A model generated the notes under the pieces. The model was not told the DNA's origin. It did no database searches and was given only the letters and a program-made list of their open reading frames with translations. The position numbers were made by a program, and so were the translations under genes. Positions 45,569 to 51,809 of a DNA stretch of 51,809 nt are shown here, one piece after another (the stretch's first letter is position 1; each line of letters opens with the position of its first letter). This DNA comes from Minisyncoccota bacterium. Lineage in GTDB: Bacteria; Patescibacteriota; Minisyncoccia; Phycocordibacterales; UBA9973. Location: NCBI GenBank assembly GCA_040900015.1, contig JBBDZS010000022.1, positions 1 through 51,809 of the forward strand. Reading direction: 5' to 3'.

Positions 45569-46741
45569 TCAATACCACTTTTTTAATTTGGTCAAAATTT
45601 GCTTGAGCGCATTTATGGTGATGTCGATATCCCCCTTGCTGGTGTCCCTACCGAAGGAAAATCTTATGGAGCCGTCGGTTTCTGCTAAGTCCCCCCGGAG
45701 CGCCTGAATCACATGCGAGGCCTTGCCGTCACCCGACTTGCAAGCGCTCTTAGAAGAAGCCTCAATACCACGAGCATTGAGCTCGAGCACTAGGAGGTCG
45801 CTCGGTATTTTCGGCACAGTAATACTGACATTGTTCGGCAATCTATTTCTTAAATCACCATTTACAATTATTCTGGTATTCTCAAGAATACCAGAATAGT
45901 TTAATTTACTAATGAAATAATCGCGGAGTTTTTCTAGGCGCGCCGATTCTTTTTCCTTTATATTTTGCGTAGCCAAAAGCGCCTCGGCAAACTTAGTTAT
46001 GGATGGTAGATTTTCGGTTCCTGGTCGAAGCCCCGCCTCTTGATTTCCTCCGCCAAAAAGTGGTGCAAGTATGATATTAGCTTTCTTATACAGTGCCCCC
46101 GCTCTGCCGGAGCCTTCTATTTTGGCGCCCGATAAGGTAAGTAGGTCCACCCCTAACCTCTCTACATTAAGGTTGAGATAATTAACAGCCTGTACTGCGT
46201 CGGTGTGAAATAAAACCTTCGTTCCGTATCGCTTGTTGTGATGTCTGACACATTTAGCGATTTCTCTTATTGGTTGTATTGTGCCTATCTCATTGTTCGC
46301 ATACATTACAGAGACAAGTAATGTATTTTTTTTGATTGCCTTTTTTATATTTTCCGAGTCCACAATACCACTGGATTCTACAGGCACGAAAGTTATTTCC
46401 GCAAGTTTTCTTTTTTCGAGCAGTTTGCATGTTTCCAGAACAGATGAATGCTCGATGTTTGTAGTCACGATATGGGGTAGAATATTTTTTTTCCATGCCC
46501 ACACCGCCCCTGCGATTGCCAAGTTATTACCCTCAGTTCCCCCACTCGTAAATATCACTTCTTCCCTACGACAAACCAACACTTCCGCCACTTTCGTACG
46601 GGCTTCTTCGAGTATTATTTTCGCTTCTACCCCGCTTTTATGGATGGAGCCTGGATTTGCCGAGACGCCGGAAGCGTAATCCAGGTATATTTTGCTGGAG
46701 CTTTTATTGTGTTTATTGGGTTTTTTAATTGATTTAGGCAC
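45569..46741 (-). CDS. Cysteine desulfurase (class V aminotransferase, NifS/IscS-like)
   Basis: IYLDYASG, FTSGGTEGNNLAI, HTDAVQA, SGAKI (PLP lysine) and SSKSACKSG (catalytic Cys loop). Confidence 0.8.
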   Translation of the reverse strand: MPKSIKKPNKHNKSSSKIYLDYASGVSANPGSIHKSGVEAKIILEEARTKVAEVLVCRREEVIFTSGGTEGNNLAIAGAVWAWKKNILPHIVTTNIEHSSVLETCKLLEKRKLAEITFVPVESSGIVDSENIKKAIKKNTLLVSVMYANNEIGTIQPIREIAKCVRHHNKRYGTKVLFHTDAVQAVNYLNLNVERLGVDLLTLSGAKIEGSGRAGALYKKANIILAPLFGGGNQEAGLRPGTENLPSITKFAEALLATQNIKEKESARLEKLRDYFISKLNYSGILENTRIIVNGDLRNRLPNNVSITVPKIPSDLLVLELNARGIEASSKSACKSGDGKASHVIQALRGDLAETDGSIRFSFGRDTSKGDIDITINALKQILTKLKKWY

Positions 46742-46765
46742 GAAAATAGTATATATTAATCAGGT

Positions 46766-47236
46766 ATGAATATACAGCTCGATAATATTTTCCTCATGGG
46801 CTTTTTTGTTTTAGCCGGACTTATCATGTTGGTGGGCATTTTGTGGGCCTTCAACACGGAAAAGAGGCTAAAAAGATTTTTTCTGGGTAAAAAAGCGAAA
46901 GACCTGGAGGATACTATCCTCCACCTTGAAAACCAAATTGCTCGGTTGGAAAAATGGAGCAAGGATGCAGATGGCGAGCTCTCGACAATAAACAATAAGT
47001 TGAAAAAAAGCGTCCGAGGTATAGCGACGATGAGATTCAATCCTTTCACAGATCAAGGTAGCAATCAGAGTTTTGCCATTGGTATGCTCGATGAAGAGGG
47101 TGACGGTGTCGTACTCTCGAGTCTGTATTCTAGAGAAAGAATGAGTGTGTTCGCAAAGCCGGTCAAGGGCGGTAAGTCGGAGTACGATCTGACTCGCGAA
47201 GAAAAAGAAGTTTTAGTTAAAGCGAAGGTTTTATAA
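46766..47236 (+). CDS. DUF4446-like protein
   Basis: N-terminal TM helix and a coiled coil. Then the conserved RFNPFTDQGSNQSFAIGMLDEEGDGVVLSSLYSRE block. Confidence 0.6.
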   Translation: MNIQLDNIFLMGFFVLAGLIMLVGILWAFNTEKRLKRFFLGKKAKDLEDTILHLENQIARLEKWSKDADGELSTINNKLKKSVRGIATMRFNPFTDQGSNQSFAIGMLDEEGDGVVLSSLYSRERMSVFAKPVKGGKSEYDLTREEKEVLVKAKVL

Positions 47237-47239
47237 AAT

Positions 47240-48739
47240 ATGGAAAATAATAAATCAACAACCAGGCCTCCGGTAGTAGCGGTAGTGGGACATATCGACC
47301 ACGGCAAATCCACTCTGCTAGACTACATCCGGAAGACCAACATAACAGAAAAAGAAGCGGGTGGTATCACTCAGCGTATTTCTGCCTATGAGGTGGAGCA
47401 CAAAGACGAACATGGCGTTCTCAGGAAAGTTACTTTCCTCGATACGCCCGGGCATGAAGCCTTTTCCAAAATGCGTCATCGTGGATGTCTGATAGCGGAT
47501 ATTGCCATCCTTGTAGTCTCCGCAGAGGACGGAGTCAAGCCACAAACTATCGAAGCGCATAAGACGATAATGGAGAGCAATACCCCGTTCATTGTGGCCA
47601 TCAACAAGATCGACCGACCGGGAGCAAATATAGAAAAAGTAAAGACAGAGCTCGCGGAAAATGAAATCTACCTCGAAAATTACGGCGGAAAGGTTCCCTT
47701 CGCCCTCATCTCGGCGCTCGAAGGCACAGGTGTAGACGAACTTATTTCACTCATATTAATTTTAGCGGAGATGGAAAACTTTCAAGGCGATCCAGAAGAG
47801 AGCGCCTCCGGCGTAGTACTCGAGGCCAATATGGATCCCCGACGTGGCATCGAGGCATCGCTCATCATCAAGAACGGCACGCTTATAAAAGGTATGACCG
47901 TCGTTGCAGAAGATAGCGTATGCTCCACCCGGATAATCCAAAATTTCCTCGGCAAGCCTATCGAACAAGCTACATTTTCCTCTCCCATTCGGCTGATCGG
48001 ATGGAATAAAATTCCGCGAGTAGGCTCAGAATGGAAATCCTTCAATAAAAAAAGTGAAGCTGAAGAATACACGAAAAATTGGCTGTCAGGCAAAATCAGA
48101 GGTAGGAGTGGCGAAGAGTCTATGGAGACGGGTAAGAAGATAATTCCGATAGTACTCCGAGCTGATGTGTCTGGTATGATCGAGGCACTAGAGAAAGAAA
48201 TAAGTAAGATCAAAAGCGAAGGCGCAGAGTTTCGCATAGTGGCCAAAGGAGCTGGGGTGATTTCCGAGAGCGATATCAAATCTCTCGCCACGAACGAAAA
48301 CGCAATAGTTATTGGCTTTAATGTGAAAGCTGACGGCAGCGCCACCCAGCTCGCAGAAAAACGCGGTATCACCATAGCTTATTTTGATATCATATATAAA
48401 ATGACGGAGTGGTTGGAAAGTGAGATGGAAGCCCGTCGGCCAAAAATTGAGACCCAAGAGACTGCCGGCAAGGCCAAGATCATCAAGGCCTTTAGTCGCA
48501 CCAAGGAGCGCCAAATAGTCGGGGGTAAAGTTTATGAAGGCATTATTTTGCTCGACTCGACTGTAAAAATAATCCGTAGAGATTTTGAGATCGGCCGGGG
48601 AAGAATTGTAAATCTAGAAAAAGGCAAAGTGAAAACAAAAGAAGTCTCCGAAGGTACGGAGTTCGGTATGATGATAGAATCAAAAATCGAAATAGTCTCC
48701 GGAGACATACTTGAATCCTTTAATGTAGTACAGAAATAA
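47240..48739 (+). CDS. infB: Translation initiation factor IF-2 (short form, no N-terminal extension)
   Basis: RPPVVAVVGHIDHGKSTLLD, DTPGHEAF and NKID. The C-terminal domains end ..SGDILESFNVVQK. Confidence 0.93.
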   Translation: MENNKSTTRPPVVAVVGHIDHGKSTLLDYIRKTNITEKEAGGITQRISAYEVEHKDEHGVLRKVTFLDTPGHEAFSKMRHRGCLIADIAILVVSAEDGVKPQTIEAHKTIMESNTPFIVAINKIDRPGANIEKVKTELAENEIYLENYGGKVPFALISALEGTGVDELISLILILAEMENFQGDPEESASGVVLEANMDPRRGIEASLIIKNGTLIKGMTVVAEDSVCSTRIIQNFLGKPIEQATFSSPIRLIGWNKIPRVGSEWKSFNKKSEAEEYTKNWLSGKIRGRSGEESMETGKKIIPIVLRADVSGMIEALEKEISKIKSEGAEFRIVAKGAGVISESDIKSLATNENAIVIGFNVKADGSATQLAEKRGITIAYFDIIYKMTEWLESEMEARRPKIETQETAGKAKIIKAFSRTKERQIVGGKVYEGIILLDSTVKIIRRDFEIGRGRIVNLEKGKVKTKEVSEGTEFGMMIESKIEIVSGDILESFNVVQK

Positions 48740-49062
48740 TGTCTGACCGAACCGAAAAAGTAGCCAGCCTCATCAAAGAGCTCGGGGCTCAGTTTTTGGG
48801 AAAGGAAAATAATAAAACCTCGCTCATCACCGTCACTTTGGCGACCGTGTCCCCCGACTTGAAGCGTGCTACCATCTACATTACAGTCCTGCCGGACGAC
48901 AAGGAACGCACCGCGCTCGAATTTGCCAAGCGCAAGAGGCCAGAGCTACGGGAGTACCTGAAGAAGAATATGATGACCAAGATGATTCCCTTCATAGACA
49001 TAGCCATAGATAAAGGCGAAAAAAATCGCCAGAAAATTGACGAACTACTGAGAGGAAATTAA
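48739..49062 (+). CDS. rbfA: Ribosome-binding factor A
   Basis: 107 aa with VTLATVSPDLKRATIYI and IPFIDIAID-type blocks. The TAATG overlap with infB matches the conserved infB-rbfA order. Confidence 0.8.
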   Translation: MSDRTEKVASLIKELGAQFLGKENNKTSLITVTLATVSPDLKRATIYITVLPDDKERTALEFAKRKRPELREYLKKNMMTKMIPFIDIAIDKGEKNRQKIDELLRGN

Positions 49063-49069
49063 TAACCGG

Positions 49070-49141
49070 AGGCCTGGGGCGGAATTGAACCGCCGTATAT
49101 TCCTTTTGCAGAGGAACGCCTTACCACTTGGCTACCAGGCC
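49070..49141 (-). tRNA. tRNA-Cys (GCA)
   Basis: Minus strand GGCCTGG TA GCC..GGC G TTCCT CTGCAAA AGGAA TATAC GGCGG TTCAATT CCGCC CCAGGCC T. Confidence 0.9.
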
Positions 49142-49154
49142 GTATGAAACTTTG

Positions 49155-49236
49155 TGGGCAAGGAGGGACTCGAACCCTCAAGCCTTGCGGCATTAGTTCC
49201 TAAGACTAACGCGTATACCAATTCCGCCACTTGCCC
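49155..49236 (-). tRNA. tRNA-Leu (TAG), long variable arm
   Basis: Minus strand GGGCAAG..TTAGT CTTAGGA ACTAA..GAGGG TTCGAGT CCCTC CTTGCCC A. Confidence 0.9.
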
Positions 49237-49357
49237 GTTTGCTATTACTCTATCATGCTTGTGGTCAGGAATATTTTACTCGCCGTCGCTCGTAAAATTT
49301 CACGACCCTGCCTCAGTAGTTTTTTCTAGTGAAAAAACATACTTCCGGCTCGCTCTA

Positions 49358-49393
49358 GCCATAAAAAATTAAAGCAGTTTAATTTTTTATGGC
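49358..49393 (-). other. Perfect 16-bp AT-rich hairpin just 3' of tRNA-Lys
   Basis: gccataaaaaattaaa (49358-49373), loop gcag, tttaattttttatggc (49378-49393). No U-tract follows on the minus strand, so it may be a processing site or an atypical terminator. Confidence 0.6.
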
Positions 49394-49397
49394 CTAG

Positions 49398-49470
49398 TGC
49401 GCCCTGAAGGGATCGAACCTTCGACCTTATCCTTAAGAGGGATCTGCTCTACCAGCTGAGCTAAGGGCGC
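49398..49470 (-). tRNA. tRNA-Lys (CTT)
   Basis: Minus strand GCGCCCT TA GCTCAGCTGGTAGAGC A GATCC CTCTTAA GGATA..GAAGG TTCGATC CCTTC AGGGCGC A. Confidence 0.9.
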
Positions 49471-49494
49471 ATATTTGTTCTGAAAATTCCCGGG

Positions 49495-49576
49495 TGCCCG
49501 AGGTGGGGGTCGAACCCACATCCCTTGCGAGACACGATTTTAAGTCGTGCGCGTATACCAATTCCGCCACTCGGGC
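49495..49576 (-). tRNA. tRNA-Leu (TAA), long variable arm
   Basis: Minus strand GCCCGAG..CACGA CTTAAAA TCGTG..GTGGG TTCGACC CCCAC CTCGGGC A. Its D-arm is identical to that of tRNA-Leu(TAG). Confidence 0.9.
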
Positions 49577-49651
49577 ATTACATAAGTAACAAAGTAGATT
49601 ATATGTATAAAATTCAAAAATAACAAGCTTTTAGAGCCGAATTTTAGGTAC

Positions 49652-49680
49652 TTGACATTTATGTCTGTATATGATATACT
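49652..49680 (+). promoter_or_regulatory. Near-consensus sigma-70 promoter giving a probably leaderless mRNA
   Basis: TTGACA (49652-49657), a 17-nt spacer, TATACT (49675-49680), then 6 nt (actagt) and the ATG at 49687. Confidence 0.55.
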
Positions 49681-49686
49681 ACTAGT

Positions 49687-50148
49687 ATGAGTAAAATTAA
49701 TAATACAAAAAGAATATATAGTATGGCTTTCAGCTTGGGAATATTGACTCTTTTGGTGCTTTCTTTCGCTTTGCCTATGGAGGCCCGTGGCGAAACTGCA
49801 GGCTATGTGAACCCTTATAATAGCAATCCCCCTCAAGGTCCTGTGGTAATCTACGAACAGCCGATCATACGGGTCAAGCAATCTACTCAGACTTACAGCA
49901 ACAATCCAAAGTATGCGAATGAACAGACTTCTACTCGGACTAATACAACCGAAAACGAAGTTACTCCGGTGGAAGACAAGTATGGCTCCCTGGCAGCCAA
50001 TGCAGTGTATGGTGGTAGCTCCTTTGCCCCTTCTGGTCTGGTGCAGTGGATAATGCTTGCGATACTAGTACTCGTGATTGTGATTCTCGCCCGCAAGATA
50101 TTCGGCGCAGCTGACAGATATCATCAGTCACCGCTCAAGCACGCCTAA
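49687..50148 (+). CDS. Small secreted/membrane protein (hypothetical)
   Basis: Signal-like FSLGILTLLVLSFALPMEA, a polar low-complexity middle, and a C-terminal TM helix WIMLAILVLVIVILA. Confidence 0.55.
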   Translation: MSKINNTKRIYSMAFSLGILTLLVLSFALPMEARGETAGYVNPYNSNPPQGPVVIYEQPIIRVKQSTQTYSNNPKYANEQTSTRTNTTENEVTPVEDKYGSLAANAVYGGSSFAPSGLVQWIMLAILVLVIVILARKIFGAADRYHQSPLKHA

Positions 50149-50174
50149 ATTGCCCCAACATATGTGAAGAAAAA

Positions 50175-50199
50175 GTCAGCCCTAGGGGTTGACTTTTTT
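50175..50199 (+). terminator. Intrinsic terminator after 49687-50148
   Basis: 8-bp stem gtcagccc / ggggttgac-type pairing (one G-U pair) with a 3-nt loop, followed by T6 (50194-50199). Confidence 0.6.
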
Positions 50200-50217
50200 G
50201 GTTTTATATGATACAAT
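50189..50217 (+). promoter_or_regulatory. Sigma-70-type promoter overlapping the terminator, driving the GC-rich genes
   Basis: TTGACT (50189-50194), a 17-nt spacer, TACAAT (50212-50217). Confidence 0.45.
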
Positions 50218-50305
50218 GTCAACAGCTTCGTTCGTTGACATTGAAAGTTTTTTTAGCCCGCGCCTGCGGGCGCTTCACAAAGCGCCTGTGGCGCGAGGAG
50301 AGAGC

Positions 50306-51304
50306 ATGGCAACTTGGAGAGAAAACTTGCGAAAGTTGACTGGGGAACACAACCACAACGGCGAGGACGATATCCAGATTCCTGAAACGATTCCGCCGTC
50401 GGCGTTCGAATTCGGGTTCTGGAACGGGATGATGGTCGCCGCCATCTTCCTGGTCTGGACACTCTTGCTCTTGCCATTTACGTGGTGGAGTCCAGCGCTA
50501 GCACTCATCCTCATTCCCGGGACTTTGGGAATGATGATCCAGTCTATCGCTGTAAACATCCCTGACTGGTACGGAGCGCTGGTGTTCAACCAGTTCTCCC
50601 GGCGCCGGCGAGTCATCTTTCAAGGTTTTCATTGGAAGCTCTGGTGCGAGAAACTGGAGCATCCCTTGCATTCTTTGAAGCGTGAAGTAACTGCGACAAT
50701 CGAAGCGGTCTTCACGACCAACGATCCGGCAGAAAAGATGAGGGTCAAGATTCTGGTTCACGCCAGGCTTGACACGCGTCCAAGATCAAAAGAGGATGAC
50801 GCGCTGAACTTTATACGTTTCGTGTCGATCGACAGCGACTCGCTCGAACACATCCTTCACTCGGAAGTGAAGAAGATGTTCGGGCAACACTATGGCGATT
50901 CTGAGATGGAAGAGCTTGGCAAGCTCGACGAGGTTCAGAAAGCCGTGGAAAACGTAGCAGAAAACGAGAAGAAAATTCACAAACTCGAAAAAAGCTTCGG
51001 CGTGCATATCGGCATCGTGCTAGAAGAGAGCGTCCCCGACGACGCGACCATCGAGATGAAACGGACGCCGGCGCGAGCCGAAGGGCTCGTAACTGCGATC
51101 AAAAAAATGACCGATGCTGGGATGGACCCTGAGAAGGCGCGGCGCGCGGCTCTTCTCCTCGATCCCAACTCGGACTACACCGAACAGCAGAATGAGTACG
51201 AGTTCCGGGCGAAAATCGACGCCCCGGACCTCAAAAACCTGCATGACGTCAACATCTTCCCGCCAGGACTAGTGGGGAACGAGAAGAAGAAAGGTAAAAA
51301 ATGA
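50306..51304 (+). CDS. SPFH/band-7-like membrane protein (tentative)
   Basis: The start is set at the ATG at 50306, which is preceded by GAGGAG at 50295-50300. Two TM helices are followed by an SPFH-like pattern: IPDWYGALVFNQFSRRRRVIFQGFHWKLW..LKREVTATIEAVFTTNDPAEKMRVKILVHARL..FGVHIGIVLEESVPDD. GC is about 55-60%. Confidence 0.5.
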   Translation: MATWRENLRKLTGEHNHNGEDDIQIPETIPPSAFEFGFWNGMMVAAIFLVWTLLLLPFTWWSPALALILIPGTLGMMIQSIAVNIPDWYGALVFNQFSRRRRVIFQGFHWKLWCEKLEHPLHSLKREVTATIEAVFTTNDPAEKMRVKILVHARLDTRPRSKEDDALNFIRFVSIDSDSLEHILHSEVKKMFGQHYGDSEMEELGKLDEVQKAVENVAENEKKIHKLEKSFGVHIGIVLEESVPDDATIEMKRTPARAEGLVTAIKKMTDAGMDPEKARRAALLLDPNSDYTEQQNEYEFRAKIDAPDLKNLHDVNIFPPGLVGNEKKKGKK

Positions 51305-51756
51305 GCCACAATCCCCTCAACACTGGTAACGCGCCAGCATCAGAAGGAGGCGGACCAAAGGCGGTGATTCAGGCGGGACTCGTCTTCGTCTCGATTTTCC
51401 TTCTCATCGGCTTCCTCTATGTCGTATGGTGGAACGCCGACGAGATAGAGACGCCGACCAACGCGACACCTCCACCAGCGCCGGTCGAGATGGTCGAGGC
51501 ACTCGTCTTAGAACACGAGTGCCTGACCCCTTGTAGCGCCGACATCGCGTGGCGCTTCAAGATTCGGACGGATGGTCGTCCGCTCTCGGTCAAATTCCAG
51601 GGGGTCGGCCAGGCGGTCACCTACCCTGGCGAAGGGGATTTCAAGGCCCCTTCGAGTATGCGCTCGGGTGAGACGCAGTTCGTCTCACCCGACGAGTCTC
51701 ACCCGCACGTGCGGGTGCAAGTGTACAGGAAGGTCACCGTCCCGTCGGGACGGTGA
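51301..51756 (+). CDS. Single-pass membrane protein (hypothetical), translationally coupled (ATGA) to the SPFH-like gene
   Basis: 151 aa with a TM helix AGLVFVSIFLLIGFLYVVWW. GC-rich, with no recognisable motif. Confidence 0.5.
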   Translation: MSHNPLNTGNAPASEGGGPKAVIQAGLVFVSIFLLIGFLYVVWWNADEIETPTNATPPPAPVEMVEALVLEHECLTPCSADIAWRFKIRTDGRPLSVKFQGVGQAVTYPGEGDFKAPSSMRSGETQFVSPDESHPHVRVQVYRKVTVPSGR

Positions 51757-51809
51757 CGGCCGAACATCGCGCTGGCCACGCAAAAGCAAAAGGGGCGGTT
51801 CGTCTTCGA

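Noticed and set aside
45001-45606. 201-aa plus-strand ORF
   Set aside because: It overlaps the minus-strand membrane-anchored ORF and the 3' end of the desulfurase gene. The minus-strand ORF has a clean N-terminal TM helix and fits the unidirectional gene order. Confidence in either is limited.
46756-47049. 97-aa minus-strand ORF opposite the DUF4446-like gene
   Set aside because: The plus-strand frame contains the conserved RFNPFTDQGSNQSFA block and leads directly into infB.
47782-48375. 197-aa minus-strand ORF inside infB
   Set aside because: It is antisense to IF-2, which has unmistakable GTPase motifs.
49154-49372. 72-aa plus-strand ORF
   Set aside because: It is the antisense reading of tRNA-Leu(TAG) plus spacer, not a protein gene.
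49540-49881. 113-aa minus-strand ORF
   Set aside because: It runs through tRNA-Leu(TAA), the consensus promoter, and the opposite-strand small protein gene.
50189-50305. ORF-track TTG start at 50189 (and ATG at 50216) for the SPFH-like gene
   Set aside because: The TTG is the -35 hexamer TTGACT and lies within the terminator stem. The ATG at 50216 overlaps the -10 TACAAT. The ATG at 50306 has a GAGGAG ribosome-binding site 5 nt upstream.
50253-51620. Many 63-113-aa ORFs on both strands within the GC-rich end
   Set aside because: Stop codons are rare in GC-rich DNA, so long random ORFs are expected. Only the two co-directional, ATGA-coupled ORFs with TM helices are retained.
1-51809. Alternative genetic code (UGA recoded, as in some CPR lineages)
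   Set aside because: TGA terminates the ArsR gene at the expected length, with an ATGA overlap, and also the terminal ORF. No conserved gene needs read-through of TGA. The only in-frame stop problem (5483-5485) is a TAA.
1-51809. CRISPR arrays, rRNA genes, transposases, integrases, reverse transcriptases
   Set aside because: No regularly spaced direct repeats were seen and no ORFs carry the corresponding motifs. The only tandem repeat is the 7-mer x4 at 44945-44972, which is far too short and unspaced for CRISPR.

Overview
Gene-dense, AT-rich bacterial chromosome segment, roughly 35-45% GC by eye and mostly transcribed on the minus strand. It uses the standard genetic code: TAA, TAG and TGA all terminate recognisable genes. 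All calls come from manual motif reading of the ORF track and sequence; no searches were run. Most content is housekeeping. It includes recR, rplU, cysS, metK, a ureohydrolase, grpE, dnaK, dnaJ, alaS, mnmA, mltG, typA, glmS, clpB, a NifS-like desulfurase and infB-rbfA. It also includes the rpsI-rplM and infA-rpmJ-rpsM-rpsK-rpsD-rpoA-rplQ ribosomal blocks and five tRNAs (Tyr, Cys, Leu-TAG, Lys, Leu-TAA). I found rpmJ by hand; it is not in the ORF track. Shortened core enzymes (AlaRS 581 aa, MetK 314 aa, IF-2 499 aa), a PaaX/Cas2-like regulator and soluble TraD-like ATPases suggest a reduced-genome CPR/Patescibacteria-type organism (inference). The main candidate for an undescribed system is at 5.8-22.6 kb. 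There the normally contiguous grpE-dnaK-dnaJ chaperone operon is split apart. The inserts are four paralogs of a ~580-aa cysteine-rich protein with zinc ribbons at both ends, two paralogous soluble TraD/VirD4-like P-loop ATPases, an ArsR-type regulator and a PaaX-like regulator. One ATPase carries a zinc ribbon related to the paralog tails. Gene overlaps or junctions of 2-34 nt link these genes to each other and to the chaperones. Associated cis elements are a perfect 22-bp inverted repeat just upstream of dnaJ, a 13-bp inverted repeat over the dnaK promoter, and CATTCTAA repeats around the ArsR gene. The last ~1.6 kb, next to a four-tRNA cluster, jumps to about 55-60% GC. It encodes an SPFH-like protein and a small membrane protein, so it is either a horizontally acquired island or an assembly chimera. 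No CRISPR array, rRNA, transposase or integrase was seen.
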